Positions 18,766 to 28,561 of a stretch of 34,669 nt of DNA are shown in pieces (the first letter of the stretch is position 1; each line of letters begins with the position of its first letter). The notes beneath the pieces are model-generated. The model was given only the letters and a program-made list of their open reading frames with translations, was not told where the DNA came from and ran no database searches. The stretch comes from an uncultured Anaerolineales bacterium. GTDB lineage: Bacteria > Chloroflexota > Anaerolineae > Anaerolineales > VGOW01. The stretch is taken from NCBI GenBank assembly GCA_964431175.1, contig CAYSIV010000003.1, forward strand, positions 14,464 through 49,132. The letters run 5' to 3'. A program made the translations under genes and the position numbers.

Positions 18766-19680
18766 ATGAAGATACTTGTGACGGGCGGCCTGGGCGCAGT
18801 GGGCGCGCCGCTGGCGCGCGAACTTCGGAGGCGAGGCCACGACGTGTGGGTCTGTGACCTGCCCCACGCCGAAGGCCCCAACTACATCCGCTGTGATGTA
18901 GGCGACTACCGCCAGGTCAAGCGTGCCTTCGACCAGGTGGACTTCGAGTTTGTCTACCATCTCGCCGCCGAATTTGGCCGCTGGAACGGCGAAGACTACT
19001 ACGAGAAAGTCTGGCAGTCCAACGCCATTGGCACTAAGAACATTTTGCGCTTTCAGGAAGAGCGCAAATTCCGCATGATCTTCACCAGCAGTTCCGAAGT
19101 ATACGGCGACTGGAGCGGACTGATGAGCGAAGAAGTGATGATGGAGCGCCCCATCCAGCAGATGAACGATTACGCCATCTCCAAATGGGTAAACGAAATG
19201 CAGATTATGAACTCGGCCGACCGCTTTGGCGCCGAGACGGTGCGGGTGCGGCTGTTCAACACCTACGGCCCCGGCGAGCCATACTCCGAGTATCGCAGTG
19301 TTGTCTGCCAATTCATCTATCGCGCCCTACACGACCTGCCCTACACCGTTTATCTCGATCATCACCGCACTTCATCCTATATTGACGACACCGTGCGCAC
19401 CTTGGCCAATATCAATGAGCGTTTCCAACCGGGCGAGGTCTACAACATCGCTGGAGACGAGTATCACGATATCAAAGCCTTGTCTGATATGATTCTGAAT
19501 TACCTGGGCAAGGATGATCGGCTGGTGAAGTACACACCGTTGGAGGCTCACAATACCCGCGACAAAAAGACGACGACAGCCAAGGCTGTCCGCGAGCTGG
19601 GGCACGTGGCGACGGTTCCGCTGTCAGTCGGTATCCCGCGTACCATCGAGTGGCAGAAAGAGATTTACAAACGTGGCTGA
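18766..19680 (+). CDS. NAD-dependent NDP-sugar epimerase/dehydratase (extended SDR)
   Basis: TGGLGAVG Rossmann motif, HLAAEFG, TSSSEVYG, YAISK (YxxxK), RLFNTYGPGE. Confidence 0.9.
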   Translation: MKILVTGGLGAVGAPLARELRRRGHDVWVCDLPHAEGPNYIRCDVGDYRQVKRAFDQVDFEFVYHLAAEFGRWNGEDYYEKVWQSNAIGTKNILRFQEERKFRMIFTSSSEVYGDWSGLMSEEVMMERPIQQMNDYAISKWVNEMQIMNSADRFGAETVRVRLFNTYGPGEPYSEYRSVVCQFIYRALHDLPYTVYLDHHRTSSYIDDTVRTLANINERFQPGEVYNIAGDEYHDIKALSDMILNYLGKDDRLVKYTPLEAHNTRDKKTTTAKAVRELGHVATVPLSVGIPRTIEWQKEIYKRG

Positions 19681-20884
19681 GAAAAAGCAAACCATCGTCG
19701 TCATCGGCACAGGCTACGTGGGCCTGCCGGCCGCTCTGCTGTTGGCTCGCGCCGGCCACGCCGTCATCGGCGTGGACATCAACGAGAACATTGTGCGGGC
19801 CATCAACGAAGGCGTCCTGCACATCAAGGAAGACGAATTGCAGGCGATCATGAACGAGCCGGAGGTGCGAGCCAACCTGCGCGCCCAAACCAAACCTGCC
19901 GAGGCCGACTCGTTCCTCATTGCCGTGCCAACACCTGTTGACCATCGCAAAAAAGTGGCCGAGATGAAATATGTGCGCGAAGCCACCGAGTCGATTGTGC
20001 CTTATCTCAAACCTGGCAACCTGATCATCCTCGAATCTACAGTGCCGCCGCTCACCTGCCGCGATTTCATGACTCCGATTCTCGAAAAGAGCGGGCTGAA
20101 AGTCGGCGAAAACTTGTATCTCGCCCACTGCCCGGAACGCATCCTGCCGGGCGATGTGTTCTACGAAATTGTTCACAACGACCGTATCATTGGCGCGGCA
20201 GATCAAAAGTCGCGCGATCTGGCCAGCACCATTTACGCCTCATTCGTCAAAGGCAACTTGTATCAAACCGACGATGTCACCGCCGAGTTGTGTAAGCTCA
20301 TGGAAAACACTTACCGGGATGTGAATATTGCTCTGGCCAATGAATTTGCGGCGGTGGCCGAGAATCTGGGCATTGAGCCGCTGGAGGCGATTGAACTGGC
20401 GAACAAGCACCCCCGGGTCAAAATTCTCAAGCCCGGCATCGGCGTCGGCGGCCACTGCATCCCACTCGACCCTTGGTTCATCAAAGAAGTTGACCCGGAG
20501 AACTCGCGCCTGATCTTCACCTCACGCATCATCAACGACGAAATGCCGAGCAAGGTGGCAGGCAAGATTCGCCAAGCCGTGCGCGACATTGCCAGCCCGA
20601 AGATCGTCGCCATCGGCGCCGCCTACAAAGCTAACACTGAAGACATCCGCGAAAGCCCGGCTATAGAAATCGTGCGCCTGTTACGCCAGGATGGTTACCA
20701 CATTGACCACTACGATCCGCTTGTGGAGAAGATGCGCTGGCCTGGCACGCTGGACCAGGCTTGCGCCGGCGCCGACGCGCTCGCGATCCTCATCAAGCAC
20801 GACGTGGTGATGGACGAACTTAACGCAACTCGCCCGGCGATTGAGTCTGCGCTGCGCGCCAATTGCATTCTGGTCTTTGGATGA
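19673..20884 (+). CDS. UDP-N-acetylhexosamine 6-dehydrogenase (WecC/WbpA/WbpO-like)
   Basis: GTGYVGLP, AVPTP, ESTVPP, CPERILPG, KLMENTYRDVNIALANE, GVGGHCIPLDP with catalytic Cys, DIRESP. Confidence 0.9.
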   Translation: MAEKKQTIVVIGTGYVGLPAALLLARAGHAVIGVDINENIVRAINEGVLHIKEDELQAIMNEPEVRANLRAQTKPAEADSFLIAVPTPVDHRKKVAEMKYVREATESIVPYLKPGNLIILESTVPPLTCRDFMTPILEKSGLKVGENLYLAHCPERILPGDVFYEIVHNDRIIGAADQKSRDLASTIYASFVKGNLYQTDDVTAELCKLMENTYRDVNIALANEFAAVAENLGIEPLEAIELANKHPRVKILKPGIGVGGHCIPLDPWFIKEVDPENSRLIFTSRIINDEMPSKVAGKIRQAVRDIASPKIVAIGAAYKANTEDIRESPAIEIVRLLRQDGYHIDHYDPLVEKMRWPGTLDQACAGADALAILIKHDVVMDELNATRPAIESALRANCILVFG

Positions 20885-22719
20885 TTCTGCTCGGCATCCC
20901 AACCGTAGTTGCCGCGTGCATGTGGCTGTGGCCGCTCGCACGCCGCATGCTGCGCGGCTCGGCGTGTTACGAGCCACTGGCCTTTTTCTCCGGCCTCGGT
21001 CTCAGCCTCGGGTTGCTTTCGCTGGCGATGATGTGGTTCGGCCTTCTGCCTGGCGCCTGGCTGATGGCGTGGGTGGTGCTGCCCATTCCGTGGATCGGAC
21101 TCGGCGTGTCTGTCTGGGCCGGACGGGATGAGATCGAAGATTGGATTGAGGCGCGTCGCGGGGAATTCTGGTTCGATCCACACTGGCGGTTGAGCGCGAA
21201 GTCGGTTCCCGCCTGGCTAGCGGTGATTGCGACGGGCGCACTCTTCGCCATCGCCGTTAATCTCATCTCATACCCTTTCTACACTACCGATGTGCTCGTG
21301 CGCTATGCGCCCAGCGCGCGCGCGTTGTTCACGCAAGCGCACATTCCCGATTCGCTTATCGGTTACCCGCTCAGCGTGCAGATGTTGTATGCGTTCGGGT
21401 TTATGGCAGCGGGATCGGTTAACGATCACTTTGCCGGAGCGTTCGGCGCGGTGTTGGTGATAGGCATGATTGGAACGGTGTGGGCCGTGACGCGCCTGCT
21501 GTTCTCGAACCGCGCTGCGTGGGCCGCCGTGGTGCTCACCCTGAGCGCGTCCGTCTTTGTGAACTGGTCCACCTCCGGTTACATTGACATCCCCGACGGC
21601 TTTTATCACGGCCTGACGTTTGCGATGGCGTGGCTGTGGCTGAAGCATGGCGAAGCGCGGTACGCAGTTCTTGCAGGTGTCTTCGGCGGGCTGGCGCTGT
21701 GGGTCAAGCATTCGAGCCTCGTGATCATTCCCGCGCTGGCAGTTGTGCCGCTGTTGCGATTCTGGCCGTGGCCGTTTTCGTTCGGGCGCACGCGCCGCGA
21801 GATCGGGCTGGGCGCACTGGCGCTGGCGTTGCTCGCCCTCATCGCCGCGCCGTGGTTTCTGCGTAGTTATCTGCTGGCCGGTTCAGGCGCGGTGTTTCCG
21901 GCCCCCAGCACCTACGATGCGCTGTTCGTCGATCACTCGCTCGATGCACTGATCGCGTTCTGGTATCGGCGCGGGGAATGGGGTGTGCCGTTTGCCGTGA
22001 CCACGCTGGCGGGGATACTGTTGTGGGCGGCGGCGTTCGTGTGGCCGCGTCTCTCCGAGTCGATGGAATGCGCCGGAGATACGCGCCGCGCCGTTCTGCT
22101 TTGGGCAGCCTTCGTGATACCATATCACCTGATCTGGTGGTGGGGATTCACGTATCAGGCCCGCTACCTTTTCACCTCTCTGCCGATGTACGCCGCCGTG
22201 GCTGGGTTCGTGTTCGATCGGATCATATTGAGTGCGTTTGCGAGAGTCGGTGTGTTGCAAAGTTCGCGATTTAAATTGGCGCTGGCTGTGATTGCTGTGC
22301 TTGCCTCGGCGGCGCTGGTGGGCAACAGCATCCGCTGGCGGATGGGCGCGGTGTATTTTCTCGTTACCGACCCGACGCGGAGCGACGACACAAAACTGAC
22401 GCGGCTGGCGAAGGACTCGTGGCTGACGTCGAAATACGTGCGCGAGAATTTTGCGCCGAGCGCGCGGCTGTACGTGATGGACGGCTCACTGGCCTACTGG
22501 CTCTACGATTACGAATTGACGGTAGGCTACCCGACCCGATTGAACGATCTGCGCGGGTACGATGCCTATATCACGGCTATATGGGGCGATGATGTACTTG
22601 CCGCGCTCGGCCAATCGGCAGTGGAGATCAATCAGTCGCTCGACGACCCGGCGATGTTTACTCAACTGTTCAATACGGGTCATAAGGGGTACTCGATCTA
22701 CGCGGTGAAGTTCAAATGA
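20881..22719 (+). CDS. GT-C fold membrane glycosyltransferase (PMT/ArnT-like)
   Basis: Start at ATG 20881 (ATGA overlap). YPFYTTDVLVRYA, GYPL, GYIDIP, LALWVKH, QARYLF. Confidence 0.72.
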   Translation: MILLGIPTVVAACMWLWPLARRMLRGSACYEPLAFFSGLGLSLGLLSLAMMWFGLLPGAWLMAWVVLPIPWIGLGVSVWAGRDEIEDWIEARRGEFWFDPHWRLSAKSVPAWLAVIATGALFAIAVNLISYPFYTTDVLVRYAPSARALFTQAHIPDSLIGYPLSVQMLYAFGFMAAGSVNDHFAGAFGAVLVIGMIGTVWAVTRLLFSNRAAWAAVVLTLSASVFVNWSTSGYIDIPDGFYHGLTFAMAWLWLKHGEARYAVLAGVFGGLALWVKHSSLVIIPALAVVPLLRFWPWPFSFGRTRREIGLGALALALLALIAAPWFLRSYLLAGSGAVFPAPSTYDALFVDHSLDALIAFWYRRGEWGVPFAVTTLAGILLWAAAFVWPRLSESMECAGDTRRAVLLWAAFVIPYHLIWWWGFTYQARYLFTSLPMYAAVAGFVFDRIILSAFARVGVLQSSRFKLALAVIAVLASAALVGNSIRWRMGAVYFLVTDPTRSDDTKLTRLAKDSWLTSKYVRENFAPSARLYVMDGSLAYWLYDYELTVGYPTRLNDLRGYDAYITAIWGDDVLAALGQSAVEINQSLDDPAMFTQLFNTGHKGYSIYAVKFK

Positions 22720-23861
22720 CGAGCGATCAACTCGAGGTCTCGGTGGTGCTGCCCTGCCTCAACGAAGCGGCAACGGTAGGGCGGTGTGTGGAAAAGGCCG
22801 TGTGCGCGTTTGAGGCCAGCGGCTTGCGCGGCGAGGTAGTGGTGAGCGACAATGGTTCGACCGACGGCTCACAGGAGATCGCGGCGAAGGCCGGGGCGCG
22901 GGTAGTGAATGCCAAGCGCCGCGGCTACGGCAGCGCATATATTCACGGCATCGCTGAGGCCTGCGCGCCGATCATTGTGATGGCCGACAGCGACGACACC
23001 TACGATCTCGGTGAGACACCGGGGCTGGTTGCCAAAGTGCGCGAGGGGTATGATATGGTGCTGGCTTCGCGGCTACGCGGCCGGATTCTACCCGGCGCGA
23101 TGCCGTGGCTTCACCGGTATGTGGGCAACCCTGTCCTCACCGGCCTGCTCAACCTTCTCTTTGGGCTGAATGTGAGCGACGCCCACACCGGGATGCGCGC
23201 CTTCACCCGCGAGGCTTACGACCGGCTGAATCTGCGAACGACCGGCATGGAATACGCCAGCGAGATGATCATAAGCGCGGCTCAGGCGCAATTGAAGATC
23301 GCCGAAGTGCCCATCACTTATCATCCGCGCGAGGGCGAAAGCAAACTGAATACGTGGCGCGATGGCTGGCGGCATTTGCGCTACCTGCTTTTGCGCTCGC
23401 CCACTGCGCTCTTCATCCTGCCGGGTGTAATGATGATGATTCAGGGATGGCTGCCGCTCGTTGTTCTTGCCCCAGGCCCGCTTACGTTTGGCAAGTTCTT
23501 TTTCGACTTCCATTACATGATCATCGGCAGCGCGCTGGCGCTGTTGGGCTTGCAGGCGTTGTTGCTGGGACTGCAGGGCAAAAGTTACCTCGTGGCGCGC
23601 GGCCTCGATCGCCGCGATGCGATGATTGACTGGTTTCAGTGTCACGTCACGCTCGAGCGCGGCCTGCTCGTCGGGCTGATATTAGTGGCAATTGGGCTGG
23701 GGATCGGAATTTATATCATTCTCGTCTGGGCGCGGCACAACTTTGCCAACATCAACGAACTTCGCAGTGGCTTGTTGGCTCTCACCCTCTTCGTGAGTGG
23801 CTTCCAGATCATATTCAGTTCGTTGTTCCTCAGCCTGCTCGACATTCAAATGCACGCGTGA
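22716..23861 (+). CDS. GT2 polyprenol-phosphate glycosyltransferase-like (DPM1/GtrB-like) with C-terminal TM helices
   Basis: SVVLPCLNEA, DNGSTDGS, GYGSA, DSD (DXD), SDAHTGMRAF, EVPITYHPREGESKL; about 4 C-terminal TMs. Confidence 0.9.
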   Translation: MTSDQLEVSVVLPCLNEAATVGRCVEKAVCAFEASGLRGEVVVSDNGSTDGSQEIAAKAGARVVNAKRRGYGSAYIHGIAEACAPIIVMADSDDTYDLGETPGLVAKVREGYDMVLASRLRGRILPGAMPWLHRYVGNPVLTGLLNLLFGLNVSDAHTGMRAFTREAYDRLNLRTTGMEYASEMIISAAQAQLKIAEVPITYHPREGESKLNTWRDGWRHLRYLLLRSPTALFILPGVMMMIQGWLPLVVLAPGPLTFGKFFFDFHYMIIGSALALLGLQALLLGLQGKSYLVARGLDRRDAMIDWFQCHVTLERGLLVGLILVAIGLGIGIYIILVWARHNFANINELRSGLLALTLFVSGFQIIFSSLFLSLLDIQMHA

Positions 23862-23892
23862 GGCTCTGCTGTATTCCGATTTGAGGTTGAGC

Positions 23893-25374
23893 ATGCTCAT
23901 CCACAATCCCCAACCCGCAATTCGAAATCGCCAGTGGTTGTTGCTGGCCCTGCTCCTCACCTCGTTCGCTCTCCGCCTTCACGCGCTGTTGCAGCTGCCG
24001 GGTTTCGTGGACGAGGGCAATCATCTGCTTTGGGCGGCGGAAGTGTGGCAGGGACGAGTCATCTACCCGTTCAGCACGGCCAAACCGCTGGAGATTTTTT
24101 ATCTGGCACTGCTTATGCCGTTTCAAAACCCGTTGTGGGTTGGGCGCCTCGGCAGTGCGCTGTTAAGCGTGGTGACGATGTCCGGCCTGTGGGCATTGGC
24201 TCGCCGCTGGGGTGACGGAAACACCGGCTTGTGGGCGGCGATGTTCTACGCCGTCACACCGTGGACGTTTTTCCATGAACGCACGGCGGTGGCTGATCCG
24301 CTCGTCGCCGCGCTTGCAGTGACAGTGGGGTGGGTTGCTACTCGATACGCCGCCCGGCCTTCGCTGAAGCGAACAATTGGGTTGGCGATCTGCCTCGCGG
24401 CGCTGCCTTTGGCGAAGTTGAGCGCAGCGCCGTTGATGGCGATGCCAGTGATCGTGGTTGCGTTGACGAAATGGCGTCAACTCCGCCGACTGTGGTTGCC
24501 CTATGTTGGGGCTGTGGCGGCGTTGGCGATCATTCTCGCTCCGGCGGCTCTACGTTACGACATCTTCGGCGAAATTACGCTGCGCGCTGAAGCGGCAGGC
24601 CACACTAATTGGATCGAAGCCGTTGCCCGCAACACAACCGATTTTGCGGATTGGGCTTTTGCTTATAGGGATGTCTCAGTTGGATTGGCGTTGCTCGGAT
24701 GTGGGATCGTCGTGGCTCGGCGGTCGCCGTTAGGATGGATAGCGCTGGCCGGATGTTTGCTCGGTTTGAGTTACATTGCCCTCCCTGCCAGAGCATTCCC
24801 ACGCTATTACCTGCCTGCGCTGGCGTTCGTCAGCCTGCTGGCGGCAGAGGCAGTGAAGTTTGTGCTGGGGTTGTTTGCCGCTCGGTGGTTTCGCCGGCCT
24901 CTCGTCGTTGTTGTGTTTCTCGTGGTTGCTCTGCCGTTCGCTGCTTTTGCATCACAAGCCTACCGCGATCCCACCGCGCTTCCGTTGGCCGAGATCGATC
25001 GTTTCCAGCATGTCGCCAGCTCGTCGTCCGGTTACGGCATCCGTGAGGCCGCCACGTTCACGGCAGATCGGATCGTTCGTGACTCTCAGCCGGTGGTGTA
25101 TGCGGCTCATCTTTCCACACGAGTCATCGCCTGGCTTTACTGGCCGCACGGGGCGAATAGCGAAATCTATATATTGTGGGATGCCATCGCGCCGAGGGTG
25201 ATTGACGTTGTCGCCAGCGGGCGACCTGTCTACCTCATCGTGGACACTAGCCGTAACATCGCCGACTTCAGCGGGCTGACTATTAACCCTCACGAACTGG
25301 CGCGTTTCTATCGCCCCTTAAGCAGCGAACCGATCATTGTCTATCGCCTTACCGCCGAGCCGTTTGCGCCGTAG
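23893..25374 (+). CDS. GT-C fold membrane glycosyltransferase (PMT/ArnT-like)
   Basis: ATG 23893 follows GAGG. LRLHAL...FVDEGNH, GRLGSAL, FFHERTAVADP, PRYYLP. Confidence 0.78.
   Translation: MLIHNPQPAIRNRQWLLLALLLTSFALRLHALLQLPGFVDEGNHLLWAAEVWQGRVIYPFSTAKPLEIFYLALLMPFQNPLWVGRLGSALLSVVTMSGLWALARRWGDGNTGLWAAMFYAVTPWTFFHERTAVADPLVAALAVTVGWVATRYAARPSLKRTIGLAICLAALPLAKLSAAPLMAMPVIVVALTKWRQLRRLWLPYVGAVAALAIILAPAALRYDIFGEITLRAEAAGHTNWIEAVARNTTDFADWAFAYRDVSVGLALLGCGIVVARRSPLGWIALAGCLLGLSYIALPARAFPRYYLPALAFVSLLAAEAVKFVLGLFAARWFRRPLVVVVFLVVALPFAAFASQAYRDPTALPLAEIDRFQHVASSSSGYGIREAATFTADRIVRDSQPVVYAAHLSTRVIAWLYWPHGANSEIYILWDAIAPRVIDVVASGRPVYLIVDTSRNIADFSGLTINPHELARFYRPLSSEPIIVYRLTAEPFAP
23898..23932 (+). 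repeat. Degenerate heptamer tandem repeat in the N-terminus of a GT-C gene
   Basis: CATCCAC AATCCCC AACCCGC AATTCGA AATCGCC (period 7) encodes IHNPQPAIRNR. Confidence 0.5.
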
Positions 25375-25380
25375 AATTCA

Positions 25381-25432
25381 GAGTCAGGAGTCGGAAAGCA
25401 ACTCGCTCTGACTGCTGACGACTGATAACTGA
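25381..25432. repeat. Inverted pair of degenerate heptamer arrays (AGTCAGG / CTGACT type), hairpin-forming
   Basis: GAGTCAGGAGTCGGA...TCTGACTGCTGACGACTGATAACTGA in the intergenic gap. Confidence 0.5.
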
Positions 25433-25438
25433 GTTTGA

Positions 25439-27340
25439 ATGCTTGCCCTCCTCCTTCTCCTAGCCAGTCTCTCTCTCTTCCTCCTTAGAGTGATGTTGCA
25501 ACCACAGCTACGCGAGTGCGACCTTGCGTTGCCAGCGTGTCTCGGGGCGGGGTCGGCTGGGTTGATCGTGTTGGACCCGCGGCTGGCGAGCATCATCGGA
25601 GCCGCTGCGCTCCTCGCCGCGTCTTTCTGGTTGTGGCCGTGGTTGCGCGGGCTTGCACTCGGAACGATTCGCTGGCCGCTGGCTTACGGCTTGAGCATCG
25701 GCGGGATCACATTGCTCATGGCGATCATCGGACTTCTGCCGGGGCAGTGGCTCAACACGATCACGGCCTGGGGCTTAGTGGCCGCCGCCACTGTTGTTGG
25801 CGGCCTCCCCTTGCTCCGAAGCGGCCTGGCTCTGAAATTGCCCCTGGTCGGCGATGTCTGGCAGTCTCTCCGTTCCGGCTCGCTTCGTCACTGGACAATC
25901 TTGAGTCTGGCCGGAGTGTTTTTCGTTATTCTGGCCTTCGCCACCTACTACCCCTTCATCGGCGAAGACGAAATCATTCGCTACGCTTTTTTTGCCAAGC
26001 GCATCTGGCTCGATCAATCTCTGCAACCCGGCACACGCGGCTACCCGATGTTGATGTCGCTGGCTTACGCGTTCACGTTTTTTGCCAGCGGCGCGATTTT
26101 TGATCAGCTTGCCAAACTGACTCCTGTGCTGTGCGCGTTGATGACACTGCTGGCGACATTTGCGCTGGCAACGCGGTGGGGTGGCAATAGCCGAGCCGGG
26201 TGGCTGGCGGCGGTGACGCTTGCGGCTACGCCGCTGTTCGTCAATTGGTGGGCCGTTGGCTATGTGGATATTCCCGCCGCACTCTACCTGGTGCTCTCAG
26301 CTTACGCCGCTGACATGTGGCTAGAAAAAAAGCGCTTGCGCTGGGCGGCGCTGGCTGGAGCGTTGGCCGGGCTTGGCATGTGGGCGAAGCAATCTGATTT
26401 TGTTGCTTTGCTGGCGTTGGGCCTGGTGTTTGCGTTTGCTCTGGTTCGCGATTGGCTCAAAGCGGATCGGCGCGGCGCGTGGCGGGCTGTTCTTGCGGGC
26501 ATCGTTGCCTTAGCATTTGCATTTGCTTGTGGCGGGTGGTGGTATGTTCGCAACGCGGTTTACGACGGTTGGCAAAATGCCGTACCCGGCCCCGGCCAGT
26601 TTTACGAGGGCCTGGCTGGGCCAAGCTGGGCCAATCTCGTGCCGTTCCTCAGTTACTTGCCTGACTTCGGTTACATCACGGGGCCGTTGTATGCGCTCGC
26701 GTTCGTGGCGATTCTTGTCCGCTTGCTCCGCCGAAACGCGCCAACCGGTTACGTCTGGCTTCTCGTTTGGAGCATCCCATATTTCATTCTCTGGTTTCTA
26801 TACTTTGCCTACGATACGCGATTTCTGCTCACCGTGCTTCCCTTCTTTGCCGTGCTGGTTGGAGTAGAGTTATCGAAACTGAAGATTGAGATCAATCGCC
26901 CCGCGCTTCGCTGGGCGTTGATCGTCGGTGTGGCCGCCGTGTGCGCCCTCGGCGCGGCGGAGCGGCTGGGTGGTGTGTACCACTGGCTTGTCAACCCGTC
27001 GAAGACGAACGAGCAACGGCTGGCCTACGCCAAACCTGATCTGGCTGAGACGGTGGCGTTTCTGCGCGATCACATTGAGCCGCCTGCCGAGGTGATCGTG
27101 ATGGACGGACGCTTGCTGTACTACTTCATGGATCGCCCGTACACCGAAAGCTACCCACAGACAGCGGCGGCGGCCAGAGAGTCTGATTATATGGTAGTGA
27201 GAGCGACGGCCCAATATACCATTTACCCTCGCCTGTGGCCCTTCAGTAGTCTGTTTGCCGCTTTGGCTGACCCGGCCCAGTTCGAGCAAGTCTTCATCTC
27301 AAGTAACGGCAATCTTGTCGTCTACCGGGTGGTGAAGTAG
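25439..27340 (+). CDS. GT-C fold membrane glycosyltransferase (paralog of 20881-22719)
   Basis: GLLPGQWL, YPFIGEDEIIRYA, GYPML, GYVDIP, GMWAKQ, WWYVRN, DTRFLL. Confidence 0.78.
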   Translation: MLALLLLLASLSLFLLRVMLQPQLRECDLALPACLGAGSAGLIVLDPRLASIIGAAALLAASFWLWPWLRGLALGTIRWPLAYGLSIGGITLLMAIIGLLPGQWLNTITAWGLVAAATVVGGLPLLRSGLALKLPLVGDVWQSLRSGSLRHWTILSLAGVFFVILAFATYYPFIGEDEIIRYAFFAKRIWLDQSLQPGTRGYPMLMSLAYAFTFFASGAIFDQLAKLTPVLCALMTLLATFALATRWGGNSRAGWLAAVTLAATPLFVNWWAVGYVDIPAALYLVLSAYAADMWLEKKRLRWAALAGALAGLGMWAKQSDFVALLALGLVFAFALVRDWLKADRRGAWRAVLAGIVALAFAFACGGWWYVRNAVYDGWQNAVPGPGQFYEGLAGPSWANLVPFLSYLPDFGYITGPLYALAFVAILVRLLRRNAPTGYVWLLVWSIPYFILWFLYFAYDTRFLLTVLPFFAVLVGVELSKLKIEINRPALRWALIVGVAAVCALGAAERLGGVYHWLVNPSKTNEQRLAYAKPDLAETVAFLRDHIEPPAEVIVMDGRLLYYFMDRPYTESYPQTAAAARESDYMVVRATAQYTIYPRLWPFSSLFAALADPAQFEQVFISSNGNLVVYRVVK

Positions 27341-28524
27341 TGCGGCTACTTGTCACTCAAGAGACCGACTGGCTGAAGCGTGGGCCGCATCAGCAACATC
27401 ACCTGTTCGAGCGGCTGGCGGCGCGCGGTCATTCAGTCACGGTGCTCGACTTTGAAATTTTGTATACGCCCTGGCCGTGGGCCGCCCTCGTTGCCCCGAG
27501 ACGGGAATGGGCTAATATCCGGCGCACGCCCATCGCCTCACCCGGCGTCACCGTCATCCGTCCAGCCACCCTGCGTCTGCCTCTTCTAGCTCGGCCTCTC
27601 TCACTTTTCACTTTTTACTTTGAACTTGTCCGCCTCTGCCGCACCCATCGTTTCGACGTGATTATAGATTACGCTCTTTCTACCGGCTTGCCGGCTTTGA
27701 TCGCCGCCCGACAGTTCAAACTCCCGTTTCTCTTTCATGTCATTGACGCTTTGCACACACTCGCGCCGCTGGCGGCGGCCCGGCCCCTGGCTCTGGCTTT
27801 TGAGCGCGGCCTGCTTCGCACTGCCAATCGCACGCTCTACATCAACGAGGGCCTGCGCGAGTATGGGCTCAAGTTGGGCGCGCCGCCCGAACGCGCCAGC
27901 ATGATTCGCTCTGGAGTGGATTTGGGACGCTTCCGTCCTGATCTCGAAGCGGCAACACTTCGCGCAAAGTGGGGATTGGCCGTCGACGACGTGGCGCTGT
28001 TGTTCATCGGCTGGCTTTACGAACACGCTGGCGTAGACGCGCTAATGCGCTGTCTGCCCGACTTGCCCTCCAACGTCAAACTACTCATCGTCGGCGCGGG
28101 CGAAGCCGAAGCCCGATTGAAAACTCTGCGCGCTGAGTTGAACTTGGGCGAGCGCGTCATTTTCACCGGGCCGCAACCTTACGACCTCGCCCCGCAATTC
28201 ATGGCCCTGGCCGACGTATGCACCCTCTACTTTGACGTCAAGCCCATCACCCGCCACATTGTGCCAATCAAGTTATACGAATACATGGCCGCTGGCCGAC
28301 CGGTGCTGGCCTCGCCCCTGCCGGCGGTAATGCAGGACACGCCGCCCGGCAACGGCGTGCTCTATGTGGCCGACTCTCAGCTGTTGCCGACTCTGAAACA
28401 GTTGCTTGATCCTGTCTATCGCCAAACGCTCGGCGCACAGGCCCGCGCCTTTGTCGAAGCCCACTGCGATTGGGACAAACTCACCGGCGATTTTGAATCT
28501 CTTCTCCAACAACTGAATTGCTGA
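27340..28524 (+). CDS. Glycosyltransferase family 4
   Basis: GTG start overlaps the upstream TAG. SGVDL, FIGWLYEHAG, PIKLYEYMAAGRPV. Confidence 0.88.
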   Translation: MRLLVTQETDWLKRGPHQQHHLFERLAARGHSVTVLDFEILYTPWPWAALVAPRREWANIRRTPIASPGVTVIRPATLRLPLLARPLSLFTFYFELVRLCRTHRFDVIIDYALSTGLPALIAARQFKLPFLFHVIDALHTLAPLAAARPLALAFERGLLRTANRTLYINEGLREYGLKLGAPPERASMIRSGVDLGRFRPDLEAATLRAKWGLAVDDVALLFIGWLYEHAGVDALMRCLPDLPSNVKLLIVGAGEAEARLKTLRAELNLGERVIFTGPQPYDLAPQFMALADVCTLYFDVKPITRHIVPIKLYEYMAAGRPVLASPLPAVMQDTPPGNGVLYVADSQLLPTLKQLLDPVYRQTLGAQARAFVEAHCDWDKLTGDFESLLQQLNC

Positions 28525-28561
28525 TTTCTCTCTTTCCCCCCATTTCCTTTCTGCTTGCCTT

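Noticed and set aside
28525-28561. Pyrimidine-rich intergenic tract as a terminator
   Set aside because: No GC stem precedes it; it is low-complexity sequence only.
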